Source: Deltaproteobacteria bacterium | Lineage (GTDB): Bacteria; Desulfobacterota; Syntrophobacteria; Syntrophobacterales; Syntrophobacteraceae | Length of the DNA: 64,000 bases | Assembly: GCA_021780695.1 (NCBI GenBank) | Contig: JAJXYD010000003.1 | Span: forward strand, 18,784 to 82,783 | Direction: 5' to 3' | In this document: piece by piece, positions 39,477-50,411 of the stretch | Numbering within the stretch: position 1 is the stretch's first letter | How the letters are laid out: the number at the start of each line of letters is the position of its first letter | The notes under the pieces: model-generated | What the model was told of the DNA's origin: nothing | The model's database searches: none | The model's input: only the letters and a program-made list of their open reading frames with translations | Made by a program: the position numbers and the translations under genes

Positions 39477-40700
39477 ATGAAAAAAGCGTTGATAAAACTC
39501 GCCTCCGCCATTAACCGGGCCGAACCCTCCGCCGCTTTTGCTTTCAAGCTCTGGGACGGAGAAGTCATAGGGTACGGTTCGGTTCCCAAGGCAACCATGG
39601 CCCTTAAGTCACCAAATGTTGTCGATGAGTTGTTCGCTAAAGGTTTTATGGGCTTTGCCCAAAGCTATGTTTCAGGAGATCTCGAAATCGAGGGCGACCT
39701 GCAGGAACTCCTGCGATTGGGCATGAGCGCCCGATTCGATAGTAAAGTCAGCCTCGGGGAGAGAATGCGGCTGCTGCCCTCCTATCTTAAAACCATGGCT
39801 ACGCTGCGGCGCTCGCCCCAAAACATCGCCCATCACTACGATCTGCCGGTCGAGTTCTATTCTCTTTTTCTCGATGAATCCCTTACCTATTCCTGCGCTT
39901 ATTTTGAAAATGAAAATGATTGTCTTGCCCTGGCACAGCGGCAAAAACACGATTTGATAGCCCAAAAACTCCAGCTGAGCCCGGAAGACACCCTGGTCGA
40001 TATCGGATGCGGATGGGGCGCCATGCTGCTGCGCGCGGCCATGGAGTTCGGCGCGAGAGGTGTTGGGATTACACTCTCAAAGGCACAATATGACTATGTT
40101 CGCGGTAAAATAGAAGAACTTGGCCAGAGCGATCGCATCGAGGTAAGACTTCTTGACTACCGGCGCCTTGAGGGAAAGTTCGATAAGCTGGTCTCCATCG
40201 GTATGTTCGAGCACGTCGGCAAATGGTTTATTCCCGCTTTCATGAACAAGGCCGCAAGGCTTTTAAAAAAAGGAGGCGCCGGTTTGCTGCACACGATTGC
40301 AAAGGAAGTCGAATCGCCCACCGATTACTGGACCCTGCGCTATATCTTCCCCGGAGGCTACATTCCAAGCCTTGCCGAGACGCTGCGTGAAATGGGGCGT
40401 GCGGGTCTTTGCGTGCTCGATGTCGAAGGGCTCAGGCTTCACTACGGAAAGACGCTGGATTGCTGGATCGCCAACTTTGAAAAGAATGTGGATAGAGTAC
40501 GGGAAATGTTTGGAGAAAGTTTTGTCCGCATGTGGAGGATGTATCTAAATTCGGCATCCGCGGGATTTAAATTCGCAAACACCAGGGTCTACCAGATATT
40601 GTTTTCAAACGGGCTAAACAACGCTCTGCCCCTCAGGCGCGGCTACATTCCCGCGAGCCAAAACGATCCGGGCTGTCCTGCAACGGGGCGTTATTCTTAA
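39477..40700 (+). CDS. cfa: cyclopropane-fatty-acyl-phospholipid synthase family methyltransferase
   Basis: HYDLPVEFYSLFLDESLTYSCAYFENENDCLALAQRQKHDLIAQKLQL...VDIGCGWGAMLL...SIGMFEHVG. ATG preceded by AGGAGAGG. Confidence 0.88.
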   Translation: MKKALIKLASAINRAEPSAAFAFKLWDGEVIGYGSVPKATMALKSPNVVDELFAKGFMGFAQSYVSGDLEIEGDLQELLRLGMSARFDSKVSLGERMRLLPSYLKTMATLRRSPQNIAHHYDLPVEFYSLFLDESLTYSCAYFENENDCLALAQRQKHDLIAQKLQLSPEDTLVDIGCGWGAMLLRAAMEFGARGVGITLSKAQYDYVRGKIEELGQSDRIEVRLLDYRRLEGKFDKLVSIGMFEHVGKWFIPAFMNKAARLLKKGGAGLLHTIAKEVESPTDYWTLRYIFPGGYIPSLAETLREMGRAGLCVLDVEGLRLHYGKTLDCWIANFEKNVDRVREMFGESFVRMWRMYLNSASAGFKFANTRVYQILFSNGLNNALPLRRGYIPASQNDPGCPATGRYS

Positions 40701-40749
40701 AAGAGATTGGTGTTGATCGGGCGAGGCCGGCGGCCTCTCAATTTTTATT

Positions 40750-41814
40750 TCAGGCTTGCAGCCCTTTTCGTATCGTTTTGGCAAAAGGTTTCCTCAATAC
40801 GCCCACCTCGGTGATTATACCGGAAATATATTTGCCGGGCGTTACATCGAAGGCCGGGTTCAAGGCGCTGACGCCCTGAGGCGCAATTCTTTTTCCATTA
40901 AGGTTTGTGACCTCGTTTGGGTCTCTTTGTTCGATCGGGATTCCCGAGCCGTCCTGCAATCCCGGGTCGATCGTGGAACGGGGGGCCGCGATGTAGAAAG
41001 GAACACTGTGGGTCCACGCCAGCACTGCCACCATGTAGGTGCCGATCTTGTTTGCCGTGTCTCCGTTGGCCGCGATTCGGTCGGCTCCAACTATCACGAC
41101 GTCGATCATCCCCCGGCTCATGAGGCTTCCAACCGAATTGTCGGTGATAAGGGTAACCGGGATCCCCGCCCGCTTCAACTCAAAGGCCGTAAGCCTTGCG
41201 CCCTGCAGGAAGGGTCTTGTTTCGCAGGAATAGACACTGAGGGTCGGATCGGCTTCAAAGGCGGCCCTGATTACCCCCAGCGCCGTACCGTAATCGGCGG
41301 TCGCAAGGGCTCCCGCATTGCAATAGGTTAGAATTCTGGCCCCTTTGGGTACAACCTCCCGGCCCCATCTGCCCATCTCTACATTCGTTGCGATATCTTC
41401 CTTCAAAATGGCGTTGGCCTCGGCCAGGATGCTCTCCTGAAGCTCGCTCACTTTCGCCTTGGGATTCTCAACGACTATAGAATGGACTCTTTGGACCGCC
41501 CATCCAAGGTTTGCTCCCGTTGGGCGAGCCTCGCGCACCTTGCCGCAAATCTTTGTAAATCTTCGCCTGAATTCCTTTGGGTCCTCGGTTTGGATCGATC
41601 GTGCCCCCAGGGCCAGCGCAAGCGCTCCGGCCACCCCAACCGCCGGTGCGCCTCGAATGGCCATCGTCTTTATGGCCCGTATCACCTGCTCGGGCGTTTG
41701 GCATAAAAGGAATTTTTCCCGGTGAGGCAGTATCCTTTGGTCAAGTATGGCCACTGCCTCGCCTTCCCATTTGATCGGCGGCATCCATTGGTCCGGCATC
41801 GAGGTCTCCTGCAA
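40750..41814 (-). CDS. mtnA: S-methyl-5-thioribose-1-phosphate isomerase
   Basis: eIF2B-related fold: LLCQTPEQVIRAIKTMAIRGAPAVGVAGA, ILTYCNAGALATADYGTALGVIRA, VIVGADRIAANGDTANKIGTY. Confidence 0.88.
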   Translation of the reverse strand: MQETSMPDQWMPPIKWEGEAVAILDQRILPHREKFLLCQTPEQVIRAIKTMAIRGAPAVGVAGALALALGARSIQTEDPKEFRRRFTKICGKVREARPTGANLGWAVQRVHSIVVENPKAKVSELQESILAEANAILKEDIATNVEMGRWGREVVPKGARILTYCNAGALATADYGTALGVIRAAFEADPTLSVYSCETRPFLQGARLTAFELKRAGIPVTLITDNSVGSLMSRGMIDVVIVGADRIAANGDTANKIGTYMVAVLAWTHSVPFYIAAPRSTIDPGLQDGSGIPIEQRDPNEVTNLNGKRIAPQGVSALNPAFDVTPGKYISGIITEVGVLRKPFAKTIRKGLQA

Positions 41815-41819
41815 AAAAA

Positions 41820-43253
41820 TTAGCCGTTCAGTTTTTTCTTCAAAATGTCATTGACGATTTGAGGGTTGGCCTTCCCCTTGGTCTTGCGCATGACCTGGCC
41901 CACGAAAAACCCGATAAGCTTGTCCTTGCCGGCCTTGAACTCCGAGACTTCCTTCGGGTTTTCCGACATCACCTGGTCGACTGCCGACTCGATTTCAGAC
42001 TGGTCGCTTACCTGCACGAGCCCCTTTTCGTCCACGATGCTCTGAGCCGATTTGCCGCTCGAAAACATCTCATCGAAAACGGCCTTGGCTATCTTGCCGC
42101 TAATTATCCCCGAATCGAGCAACCGCAAAAGCTCGGCGAGATCCCGGGGCGATACCGGGCAGGCCTCGATTTCCCGCTCGCTTTTGTTTAACGCGCGCAT
42201 AAGCTCCGACATTATCCAGTTGCTTAGAAGCTTTGGGCGGGCAAACTCCTTTAGCCCCGCTTCGAAATAAAGCGCAAGGGCTTTGGAAGAAGTCAATACC
42301 TGCGCATCGTAGACCGGCAGTTCGTAGTCGGTTACAAATCGCTCCCTTTTGGCTTCGGGAAGTTCGGGCAGCTCGGAGCGGACCTGCCCGATCCAGGCCT
42401 GGTCAACTTCCACGGGCGCAAGATCGGGGTCCGGAAAGTAGCGGTAGTCGTTTGCCTCTTCCTTGCCTCGCATGCTCACCGTGACGTTGCGCCCCGCGTC
42501 CCAGAGCCTGGTTTCCTGCACGATCGGCTCTGCGCGCTCGATCATGACCTTTTGTCTTCTTATTTCGAACTCCAGACCCTTCTGAACGTTTTTAAACGAA
42601 TTCATGTTCTTTAGTTCGACCTTGGTGCCAAGGCCCCCGGTTCCGGCCGGCCGAAGGGATATGTTGGCATCGCACCGCATGCTCCCTTCCTCCATGTTGC
42701 CGTCACAGATATCGAGATAGCGGAGCACCTCGCGTATCGCCCGCAGATAGGAGGCCGCTTCTTCCGGCGAGCCTATGTCGGGCTCGCTTACGATCTCTAT
42801 TAAAGGTACCCCCGTCCTGTTGAGGTCGACGTAGCTGAAAGGCTTGTAGTCGTCGTGGATGAGTTTGCCCGCATCCTCTTCCATATGGATGCGATGTATC
42901 CTGATGCGCCGGGAGGCGCCGTTTGTCCCTTCGATTTCCATCCACCCCCCCGTTGCCAAAGGCAGTTCATATTGCGAAATCTGGTATCCCTTGGGTAAAT
43001 CCGGGTAAAAATAGTTCTTTCTGGCAAAACGGCAGACTGGAGCGATCGTGCAGTGTGTCGCCAGCGCCATGCGGATGGTGTATTCCACCACTTTGCGGTT
43101 TAAAACGGGCAAAACGCCCGGCATGCCCAGGCAAATCGGGCAGGTGTGCGTGTTGGGGCTGCCGCCAAATTTTGTGGAACACCCGCAGAAAATCTTGCTC
43201 TCGGTCTTTAGCTGGGCGTGAATTTCGAGTCCTATTACGGGTTCAAATTCCAT
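41820..43253 (-). CDS. gatB: Asp-tRNA(Asn)/Glu-tRNA(Gln) amidotransferase subunit B
   Basis: [15 protein letters not shown]...KIFCGC...[15 protein letters not shown]...CDANISLRP, and the C-terminal YqeY-like tail. Confidence 0.95.
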   Translation of the reverse strand: MEFEPVIGLEIHAQLKTESKIFCGCSTKFGGSPNTHTCPICLGMPGVLPVLNRKVVEYTIRMALATHCTIAPVCRFARKNYFYPDLPKGYQISQYELPLATGGWMEIEGTNGASRRIRIHRIHMEEDAGKLIHDDYKPFSYVDLNRTGVPLIEIVSEPDIGSPEEAASYLRAIREVLRYLDICDGNMEEGSMRCDANISLRPAGTGGLGTKVELKNMNSFKNVQKGLEFEIRRQKVMIERAEPIVQETRLWDAGRNVTVSMRGKEEANDYRYFPDPDLAPVEVDQAWIGQVRSELPELPEAKRERFVTDYELPVYDAQVLTSSKALALYFEAGLKEFARPKLLSNWIMSELMRALNKSEREIEACPVSPRDLAELLRLLDSGIISGKIAKAVFDEMFSSGKSAQSIVDEKGLVQVSDQSEIESAVDQVMSENPKEVSEFKAGKDKLIGFFVGQVMRKTKGKANPQIVNDILKKKLNG

Positions 43254-43574
43254 GAGCCGCGCGGTTCCTTTCGAGGATGTGCCGATTATCTTCCTACTGT
43301 GCTGCTTAAAGGGCAGAATGTGCCGCAGTGTTTATATGCCGGGACAAAGCTGGTTGGCAAGCAACAATTGGGTGAAAAGCTTGATAAACGGTTTGACATT
43401 GTGAGAAATTTCATTTAGGAATGCTAAAGACGGTTCAAAAGGGTGAGCAAGGTCTATCGGAAACAGAGCAGGTGACCAGGTACGTGGGTGAATAGGTGTA
43501 GTGGCGGCTCTTTTCCCTTCACACTTTTCCCCATCGGCTGACTCACCTCCATTTTTGCCTTTGCGAGGAGAGAG

Positions 43575-44741
43575 ATGAAAATTCACGAATTTCAGGCCAA
43601 GGAACTTTTTCGCAAATCCGGGGTCCCCGTTCCCCGGGGAGGAGCGGCCTTGAGTGTGGAGGAAGCCCGGCAGGTCGCCTCCCAGCTCGGGACTTTTCCG
43701 GTCGTGGTCAAGGCCCAGATACACGCGGGAGGAAGAGGTAAGGGCGGAGGGGTTAAACTTGCCGCAACCGCCGATGAAGTCAAGACGGTTGCCTCCTCCA
43801 TTCTGGGCATGACCCTTGTAACTCACCAGACCGGGCCCGAGGGCAGGCTGGTAAAAAAACTCCTGGTCGAAGAGGGACTGCCGATCGAAAAAGAACTCTA
43901 CCTCAGCGTGCTTCCAGACAGGGGAGCGGCCAAGATCGTCTTCATGGCGAGCGAGGCCGGCGGCATGGATATCGAAGAGGTCGCGGCCAAAACGCCCGAA
44001 AAGATCATCAAGGTCTTTATTGATCCTCTGATCGGGATGAAGGGATATCATGCCAACGAGCTGGCGTTTGGGCTAAACCTTTCGGGCGACCTCGCAAAGC
44101 AGTTTTGCGCCATGGCCTTGAAGCTCTACCGCCTCTGCGTCGATTACGATTGTTCCCTGGTGGAGATAAATCCCTTGGTGCTGACCAGAGACGACAGGGT
44201 GATTGCCCTGGATGCCAAGATCAATTTTGACGACAACGCCCTCTACCGTCATAAGGATATACTGGAATACCGTGACTTGGACGAAGAGGATCCTTTCGAG
44301 GTCGAGGCCTCCCGCTACGAGCTCAATTATATCAGAATGCCCGGGGGCAATATCGGCAATATGGTAAACGGTGCGGGTCTTGCCATGGCTACGATGGACA
44401 TAATTCAGCAGGCCGGGGCCGCGCCGGCAAACTTTTTGGACGTAGGCGGGGGCGCCAGCGCCGAGCAGGTGGAAAATGGGTTTCGCATCATCCTTGCCGA
44501 TCCCAGCGTAAAGGGAGTGCTCATAAATATTTTCGGCGGTATTTTGCGCTGCGACAGACTGGCCAATGGTGTTGTGGAAGCGGCTAAAAAGGTCGCAATC
44601 AAGGTGCCCGTGGTCATTCGGATGGAAGGGACCAATGTTGAAGAGGGCCGAAGGATCCTCGATGAGTCCGGTCTCAATCTTATAACGGCAAGGGATGTTT
44701 CGGACGCCGCCCAAAAGATTGCAGCGATTGTGAAGGCATAG
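43575..44741 (+). CDS. sucC: succinate--CoA ligase (ADP-forming) beta subunit
   Basis: [20 protein letters not shown]...[19 protein letters not shown]...[17 protein letters not shown]. Confidence 0.95.
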   Translation: MKIHEFQAKELFRKSGVPVPRGGAALSVEEARQVASQLGTFPVVVKAQIHAGGRGKGGGVKLAATADEVKTVASSILGMTLVTHQTGPEGRLVKKLLVEEGLPIEKELYLSVLPDRGAAKIVFMASEAGGMDIEEVAAKTPEKIIKVFIDPLIGMKGYHANELAFGLNLSGDLAKQFCAMALKLYRLCVDYDCSLVEINPLVLTRDDRVIALDAKINFDDNALYRHKDILEYRDLDEEDPFEVEASRYELNYIRMPGGNIGNMVNGAGLAMATMDIIQQAGAAPANFLDVGGGASAEQVENGFRIILADPSVKGVLINIFGGILRCDRLANGVVEAAKKVAIKVPVVIRMEGTNVEEGRRILDESGLNLITARDVSDAAQKIAAIVKA

Positions 44742-44750
44742 GAGGAAATC

Positions 44751-45632
44751 ATGAGCATTTGGGTGGATCGCAATACGAGACTTCTGGTGCAGGGAATAAC
44801 GGGCCGTGAGGGCCGCTTTCATACACTGACCTGCAAAGAGTATGGAACAAACGTGGTTGCCGGGGTTACCCCGGGCAAGGGCGGCCAGGACGTTGAAGGC
44901 ATACCGGTTTTTAACACGGTCGCCGGGGCGGTCAGGGAAACCGGCGCCAATGCCGCAATGGTTTTTGTGCCGCCGCCGTTTTGCGCCGACGCCATACTGG
45001 AATCAATCGACGCCGGACTGTCGCTTATCGTGGCAATTACCGAAGGCATTCCTGTAATGGACATGCTCAAGGTTAAAAATTATCTCAAAAAAAGCACAAG
45101 CAGGCTTATCGGTCCCAACTGCCCCGGCATCATAACGCCTGGTCAGTGCAAGATCGGTATTCAGCCCGGCCACATCCACTCTGCGGGCCACGTCGGTATA
45201 GTTTCGCGTTCCGGAACCTTGACCTACGAGGCCGTCCACCAGATACAGCAGTTTGGAATGGGGCAGAGCACGGTTGTCGGTATCGGAGGAGATCCGGTAA
45301 ACGGCACGAGCTTTATCGACTGCCTTTCGGCATTCCAGGCCGACCCGGAAACCCGCGCCATAATCATGGTGGGCGAGATCGGTGGATCGGCTGAAGAGGA
45401 AGCCGCCGAGTTTGTGAAAAAGTATGTCACAAAACCCGTTGTCGGCTTCATCGCGGGCCTTACCGCCCCTCCGGGGCGGCGTATGGGCCATGCGGGCGCG
45501 ATCATAAGCGGTTCGAGCGGAACGGCTTCGGGTAAAATAGCCGCTATGCGCGAGGCCGGTATAACGATAGTGGAAAACCTGGGGGAGATGGGCGCGATTG
45601 CAAAACGGGCTTTCGCCTCGGCGCTTTCCTAG
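44751..45632 (+). CDS. sucD: succinate--CoA ligase alpha subunit
   Basis: [12 protein letters not shown]...[18 protein letters not shown]...[13 protein letters not shown]...MGHAGAII. Confidence 0.95.
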   Translation: MSIWVDRNTRLLVQGITGREGRFHTLTCKEYGTNVVAGVTPGKGGQDVEGIPVFNTVAGAVRETGANAAMVFVPPPFCADAILESIDAGLSLIVAITEGIPVMDMLKVKNYLKKSTSRLIGPNCPGIITPGQCKIGIQPGHIHSAGHVGIVSRSGTLTYEAVHQIQQFGMGQSTVVGIGGDPVNGTSFIDCLSAFQADPETRAIIMVGEIGGSAEEEAAEFVKKYVTKPVVGFIAGLTAPPGRRMGHAGAIISGSSGTASGKIAAMREAGITIVENLGEMGAIAKRAFASALS

Positions 45633-45748
45633 AAAACTTATAAAAATCTGCCGCGGAGCCGTAAACGAAGGCTAAGATAAAATCCCATTGAAAATGGGGT
45701 CTTTGGGTGGCTTTCGCCACGACTCGGCGGTCGATTTTTTTCGAGCTT

Positions 45749-46384
45749 CTACCTTGCCGGCATCGCATCGAGCATTCGTGCGACCTGTACATCTATTACA
45801 CGCGGTACGTCGTAGGGCGAGACATGGGCCATATCTACAAAGACGGTTCTAACGGCTGATCTTCCGGTTCGGAAACTGTGGATTTGCACGGCTATCTTTA
45901 CAATCGGCGTGGCTGCGGGTGCTGCAAGCCCAAGAACCGAGCCTCCAGCCGCACCTGCGATCGCGCCCACTCCCGGCGCCCCTGTCATCGCGCCTATGAT
46001 GGCGCCCGCGGCGGCCCCAAGAGCGGCTCCTCCCAGCATCTGCTGGCCTCTGAGATCCGGGTTGTCCCGAGCTTCCTGGAACAGCGCGACATGGACTGCG
46101 AAGTCGGCCTGCCGTTCGCTTCGCACCTGCTGGAATCCTTTATGGTAGAGCACGTTGTTTGCCCTGTCTAAAGGCACATCGAAGGGGGTGTTGTTTTCCA
46201 CGCCTATCACGTAGGTAACGTCCTGCGGACTTACGGCCATAAACCCGCGAGAAGGCCCGGGTGCTATTCCCGGCGGTCCCGGCGCCACGGCCGGGGGGGG
46301 GAAGGCTGTCCCGGCACAACCCCCCAGCAGGACCACTGCAAATCCGATTACCAGAATTTTTGATGACAATTTCCATGCTCTCAT
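45749..46384 (-). CDS. lipoprotein with a glycine-zipper segment
   Basis: Lipobox LLGGCAG. Gly-zipper GGAALGAAAGAIIGAMTGAPGVGAIAGAAGGSVLG. Confidence 0.6.
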   Translation of the reverse strand: MRAWKLSSKILVIGFAVVLLGGCAGTAFPPPAVAPGPPGIAPGPSRGFMAVSPQDVTYVIGVENNTPFDVPLDRANNVLYHKGFQQVRSERQADFAVHVALFQEARDNPDLRGQQMLGGAALGAAAGAIIGAMTGAPGVGAIAGAAGGSVLGLAAPAATPIVKIAVQIHSFRTGRSAVRTVFVDMAHVSPYDVPRVIDVQVARMLDAMPAR

Positions 46385-46689
46385 GACTCACTCCTCTTAA
46401 CAATTAGGCAAAACTCATCGAAGTGTTTTATTGCGCGCAGCAATAGCAGGTTAACAAAATCTTTTCAACAAGCATTATCCCTTGCCCGCCTTGGGGGCGC
46501 CTTGTCACAAATAGTCGGAATTTTTAGTTCCGGACGTAATAAAAAAACGATTTTGATCCTGTCTTGCGTGCAGATCTCTAAAAGGTGTCATAAAATATGA
46601 GCGCCGTGATGAGCTATACTTTCGATGACCTCCGGGGGAGCCGGTTGCGGGCTTGAAACTTTAAAAGGCTAGCCGAAAGGGAATTTCCC

Positions 46690-48705
46690 ATGAAAGCCCG
46701 TCTTAAAGTCCTGGTCGTAGAAGATGATGAAGATGACTTCCTGTTCATAAGGGAGTTGCTTCTGGGAAGCGGTGCTTTTCACTTTGACCTGGACTGGCGA
46801 AAAACCTTTCAATCGGGTCTTTTGGAGATAGCCGGTACCACCTACGATGCTATCCTGGTCGACTATATGCTGGATGGGCGCAGCGGGCTCGACCTCATAA
46901 GGGAAGCGGTCGAAAGCGGCTGCCCGGCTCCGGTCATTCTTTTGACCGGACATGAAGAGTCTGGTGTGGATCAGAAGGCCATGGAAGCCGGGGCGGCCGA
47001 TTATCTTGTCAAGGGGCAGATCGGCCCCGATCTTTTGGAACGCTCCATCCGTTATGCCATAGCGAGGAAACAGGCCGAACTGGAGTTGAAGACTTCCCGC
47101 TCTCAGATGGAAGTACTGGTCGTGGAGCGTACCAAACAGCTGGAAGCTCTCATTGCGCAAATGAACCTGACCCTGGAAAAACTTCAGCGGAGCGAAACCC
47201 TTTTTAGAAATATTTTCGAAAACCATGCAGCCGTAAAACTTATTATCGATCCGGACAGCGGAAATATAATCGATGCCAATGAAGCCGCGGCCAAATTTTA
47301 CGGATGGTCAAGACAACGGTTGCAACGGATGAATATCGGCCAGATCAATACGCTTTCCCCCCAACAGTTAAAGCTTGAAATAGAAAGGGCCGTGTCTCTT
47401 AGCCGGATTCACTTCGAATTTCAGCATCGCATGGCAGACGGCTCCCTAAAGGATGTGGAAGTATTTAGCAGTAACATCGAAGTTGCGGGCAGGCACTTGC
47501 TCCATTCCATTGTCCACGATATCACCGGCGAAAAAAAGGCTCATGCAGAAAAGGAAAAGCTCCAGGCGCAGTTAATACAAGCTCAGAAGATGGAATCGGT
47601 TGGAAGGCTCGCGGGAGGTGTGGCCCATGATTTTAATAATATGCTCGGAGTGATTCTTGGCTATACCGATTTGGCGCTGGCCGAGGTAGATCCCGCAAAG
47701 CCTTTATTTGCTCATCTGGAGCAAATCCGAAGAGCCGCCATGCGCTCGGCCGATCTTACAAGGCAGTTGCTCGCATTTGCCCGAAAGCAAATTGCCTTGC
47801 CCAAAGTGCTCGATCTAAATGATGCCGTGGAAGGCGTGCTGGAAATACTGAGGCGCGCTTTGGGCGAGGACATCGAACTGGTCTGGGTGCCCGCAAGGGA
47901 CTTGTGGCAGGTAAAAATAGACCCCGCCCAGCTCGATCAGATTTTGGCAAACCTGTGTGTGAATGCCGGAGATGCCATCACGGGTGCCGGCAGGGTCTCT
48001 ATCCAAACGCAAAATTTTGTCTGCGAGGGGGAGCCTCCCGAGCCCTGGCTGGCGGCCGGAGAGTATGTCGTGCTTACGGTAAGCGATGATGGTTGCGGAA
48101 TGGATAGAGAAACCGTTGCTAAATTATTCGAACCCTTTTTTACTACCAGGGAATTGGGCAAAGGAAAGGGCCTTGGTCTTGCGACGGTATACGGCATCGT
48201 TAAGCAAAATAACGGTTTTATAAATGTTTATAGTCAACCCCGCCAGGGAACGACTTTTACGATATACCTGCCCCGCCATGAAAGCCTCAAGGCCAAGGAA
48301 TTAGACGGAGGCGATGCAAAAACTCCGGCTCTCCGCCCCCAGACGGTTCTTCTGGTCGAAGACGAACAGGTGATCCTCGATATGGCTCAAATAATGCTCG
48401 AAAGCAACGGGTACCGCGTGCTTGCAACCTCTTTGCCGGAAACGGCCATGCGTCTGGCCGGCGAGCACAAAGGCGAGATCGACATCTTCATTACCGACGT
48501 GGTAATGCCCGGAATCAATGGGCGAGACCTGGCCGGAAAACTTATGGCGCAGGTCCCCAAGGCAAAGTGTCTTTTTATGTCAGGCTACACCGCCGACGTT
48601 ATCGCTTCTAAAGGCATGCTCCAAGAGTGCGTCAACTTCATCCAGAAGCCTTTTACGATGCAGGATATGGTCGCAAAGGTTCGGCAGGTTCTGGAAGATG
48701 AGTGA
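46690..48705 (+). CDS. hybrid sensor kinase/response regulator (REC-PAS-HisKA-HATPase_c-REC)
   Basis: N-terminal receiver VLVVEDDEDD...DAILVDYMLDG. PAS. H-box LAGGVAHDFNNML, G-boxes DDGCGM and GKGLGLATV. C-terminal receiver VLLVEDE...DIFITDVVMPG. Confidence 0.9.
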   Translation: MKARLKVLVVEDDEDDFLFIRELLLGSGAFHFDLDWRKTFQSGLLEIAGTTYDAILVDYMLDGRSGLDLIREAVESGCPAPVILLTGHEESGVDQKAMEAGAADYLVKGQIGPDLLERSIRYAIARKQAELELKTSRSQMEVLVVERTKQLEALIAQMNLTLEKLQRSETLFRNIFENHAAVKLIIDPDSGNIIDANEAAAKFYGWSRQRLQRMNIGQINTLSPQQLKLEIERAVSLSRIHFEFQHRMADGSLKDVEVFSSNIEVAGRHLLHSIVHDITGEKKAHAEKEKLQAQLIQAQKMESVGRLAGGVAHDFNNMLGVILGYTDLALAEVDPAKPLFAHLEQIRRAAMRSADLTRQLLAFARKQIALPKVLDLNDAVEGVLEILRRALGEDIELVWVPARDLWQVKIDPAQLDQILANLCVNAGDAITGAGRVSIQTQNFVCEGEPPEPWLAAGEYVVLTVSDDGCGMDRETVAKLFEPFFTTRELGKGKGLGLATVYGIVKQNNGFINVYSQPRQGTTFTIYLPRHESLKAKELDGGDAKTPALRPQTVLLVEDEQVILDMAQIMLESNGYRVLATSLPETAMRLAGEHKGEIDIFITDVVMPGINGRDLAGKLMAQVPKAKCLFMSGYTADVIASKGMLQECVNFIQKPFTMQDMVAKVRQVLEDE

Positions 48706-48715
48706 AAATCGCTTT

Positions 48716-50140
48716 TTAACTGCGTCCGTATTTATCCTCAAAGCGCCTTATATCGTCTTCCCCAAGGTAGCTTCCCGACTGGACTTCGATTAGTTCCAGC
48801 GGAATTTTCCCGGGGTTTTCCAGTCTGTGCTGGGTCCCCCATGGAATGTAGGTGCTTTGATCTTCGTTTAGCAAAAACTCCTCATCTCCCTTGACGATTC
48901 GTGCCGTTCCCCGCACCACGATCCAGTGTTCGGCCCTGTGATAGTGCATCTGAAGGGAAAGTGCCGCCCCCGGGTTTACCGTTATGCGCTTAACCTTGAA
49001 GCGTTCCCCCGTATCTATCGATTCAAAGCTGCCCCACGGGCGGTATGTCTTCGAATGGGAAAATACCTCCTCTCTTTTTTGCTTCTTTAGCTTGTTTACA
49101 ATTACTTTGACGTCCTGGGAGCGATCGAGCGAAGAAACCAGCACCGCATCCTTTGTCTCCACGATTATCTGGTTTTTTATGCCAAGGACCGCGACAAGCC
49201 GGCTTTCCGAATGAATGTGGCAGTTGTGGACATCTTCGAGCAGTACGTCTCCGGCGATGCTGTTTTCGCACTCATCCTTATCGGATACCTGGTGGAGCGA
49301 AAGCCAGCTGCCTACATCACTCCAGCCTGCACTCAAAGGAATTACTCCCGCCTGCTCGGTTTTTTCCATTACCGCATAGTCTATCGAGATATCCGGGCAG
49401 GTTGCAAAAGTGCTCTGTTCGAGGCGAACGAAATCGAGATCCCTGGTCGCTTTTTGGTATGCTTGACGGCATAGGCTTAGAATTTCGGGCGAAAACCTGC
49501 CCAGTTCTTCCAGAAAAGTTGAAGCGCGGAAAACAAACATGCCGCTGTTCCAGAAATACTCCCCGGAGGCCACATAGGCTCGAGCTCTTTCATCATCGGG
49601 TTTTTCAACGAAACGGCTTACCTCGAAAGCCTCCCTGCCCTTGTCCCCGTCGATCCTATCGCCTCTGCGGATATATCCATAGCCGGTCTCGGGTCTGTCC
49701 GGAACTATTCCGAAGGTGATAATGCGCCCCTGCGAAGCCAGTTCCACCCCTTGTTGGACCGCCTTGGCAAAAAGCCGGCCTTCCTTTATGAGATGGTCCG
49801 CGGGCAGGACCAGGATATCGACGTCCTCGCCGTTTTTCATCGCTGCCAGCGTTCCAACCGCAATTGCCGGGCAGGTGTTTCTGCCAACCGGTTCGAGAAT
49901 AATATCGGTGTACTGCATCGAAATTTGCTGCATTTGCGCGGCAGCCATAAAACGATGGTTTTGGTTGCACACGATTACCGGAGGTGCCGTGTCAGCAATC
50001 CCTGCCAGGCGCATGAGGGTATTTTGAAAAAGGGAGTGATCGGTTCCCATAATAGGCATCAACTGCTTGGGAAGGTGTTCCCTGGAAAGAGGCCATAATC
50101 TTGATCCAACTCCGCCTGACAGGATGACCGGCACTATCAT
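48716..50140 (-). CDS. mannose-1-phosphate guanylyltransferase / mannose-6-phosphate isomerase (type II PMI-GMP)
   Basis: MIVPVILSGGVGSRLWPLSRE..PKQ and the C-terminal cupin YRPWGSFESI..G..FKVKRITVNPG..LSLQMHYHRAEHWIVV.G. Confidence 0.9.
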   Translation of the reverse strand: MIVPVILSGGVGSRLWPLSREHLPKQLMPIMGTDHSLFQNTLMRLAGIADTAPPVIVCNQNHRFMAAAQMQQISMQYTDIILEPVGRNTCPAIAVGTLAAMKNGEDVDILVLPADHLIKEGRLFAKAVQQGVELASQGRIITFGIVPDRPETGYGYIRRGDRIDGDKGREAFEVSRFVEKPDDERARAYVASGEYFWNSGMFVFRASTFLEELGRFSPEILSLCRQAYQKATRDLDFVRLEQSTFATCPDISIDYAVMEKTEQAGVIPLSAGWSDVGSWLSLHQVSDKDECENSIAGDVLLEDVHNCHIHSESRLVAVLGIKNQIIVETKDAVLVSSLDRSQDVKVIVNKLKKQKREEVFSHSKTYRPWGSFESIDTGERFKVKRITVNPGAALSLQMHYHRAEHWIVVRGTARIVKGDEEFLLNEDQSTYIPWGTQHRLENPGKIPLELIEVQSGSYLGEDDIRRFEDKYGRS

Positions 50141-50411
50141 TTTAAGATCCGCCTTTAGTGGAAAGTCAAAGATAAATGATTAAGTGTATGCACGCGTTGG
50201 ATTTAAAAACTGTCGTAGTACTCTTTTTTATCCTATAAAAACTTCTTTGTAGAGTACTATTTTTTGTCTTAATCCATACTTGTCTTTAAGGGGCTGCAAA
50301 AATCGTGTATCCTCACAACTTGTCCGGCCGGTAACCGGAAAGACTAAGAATTGCTTTGCTTTGCGGTTATGAGCCTTGGCGTGGGAAAACTTTTTGTCTA
50401 TGGGGCGCTAA

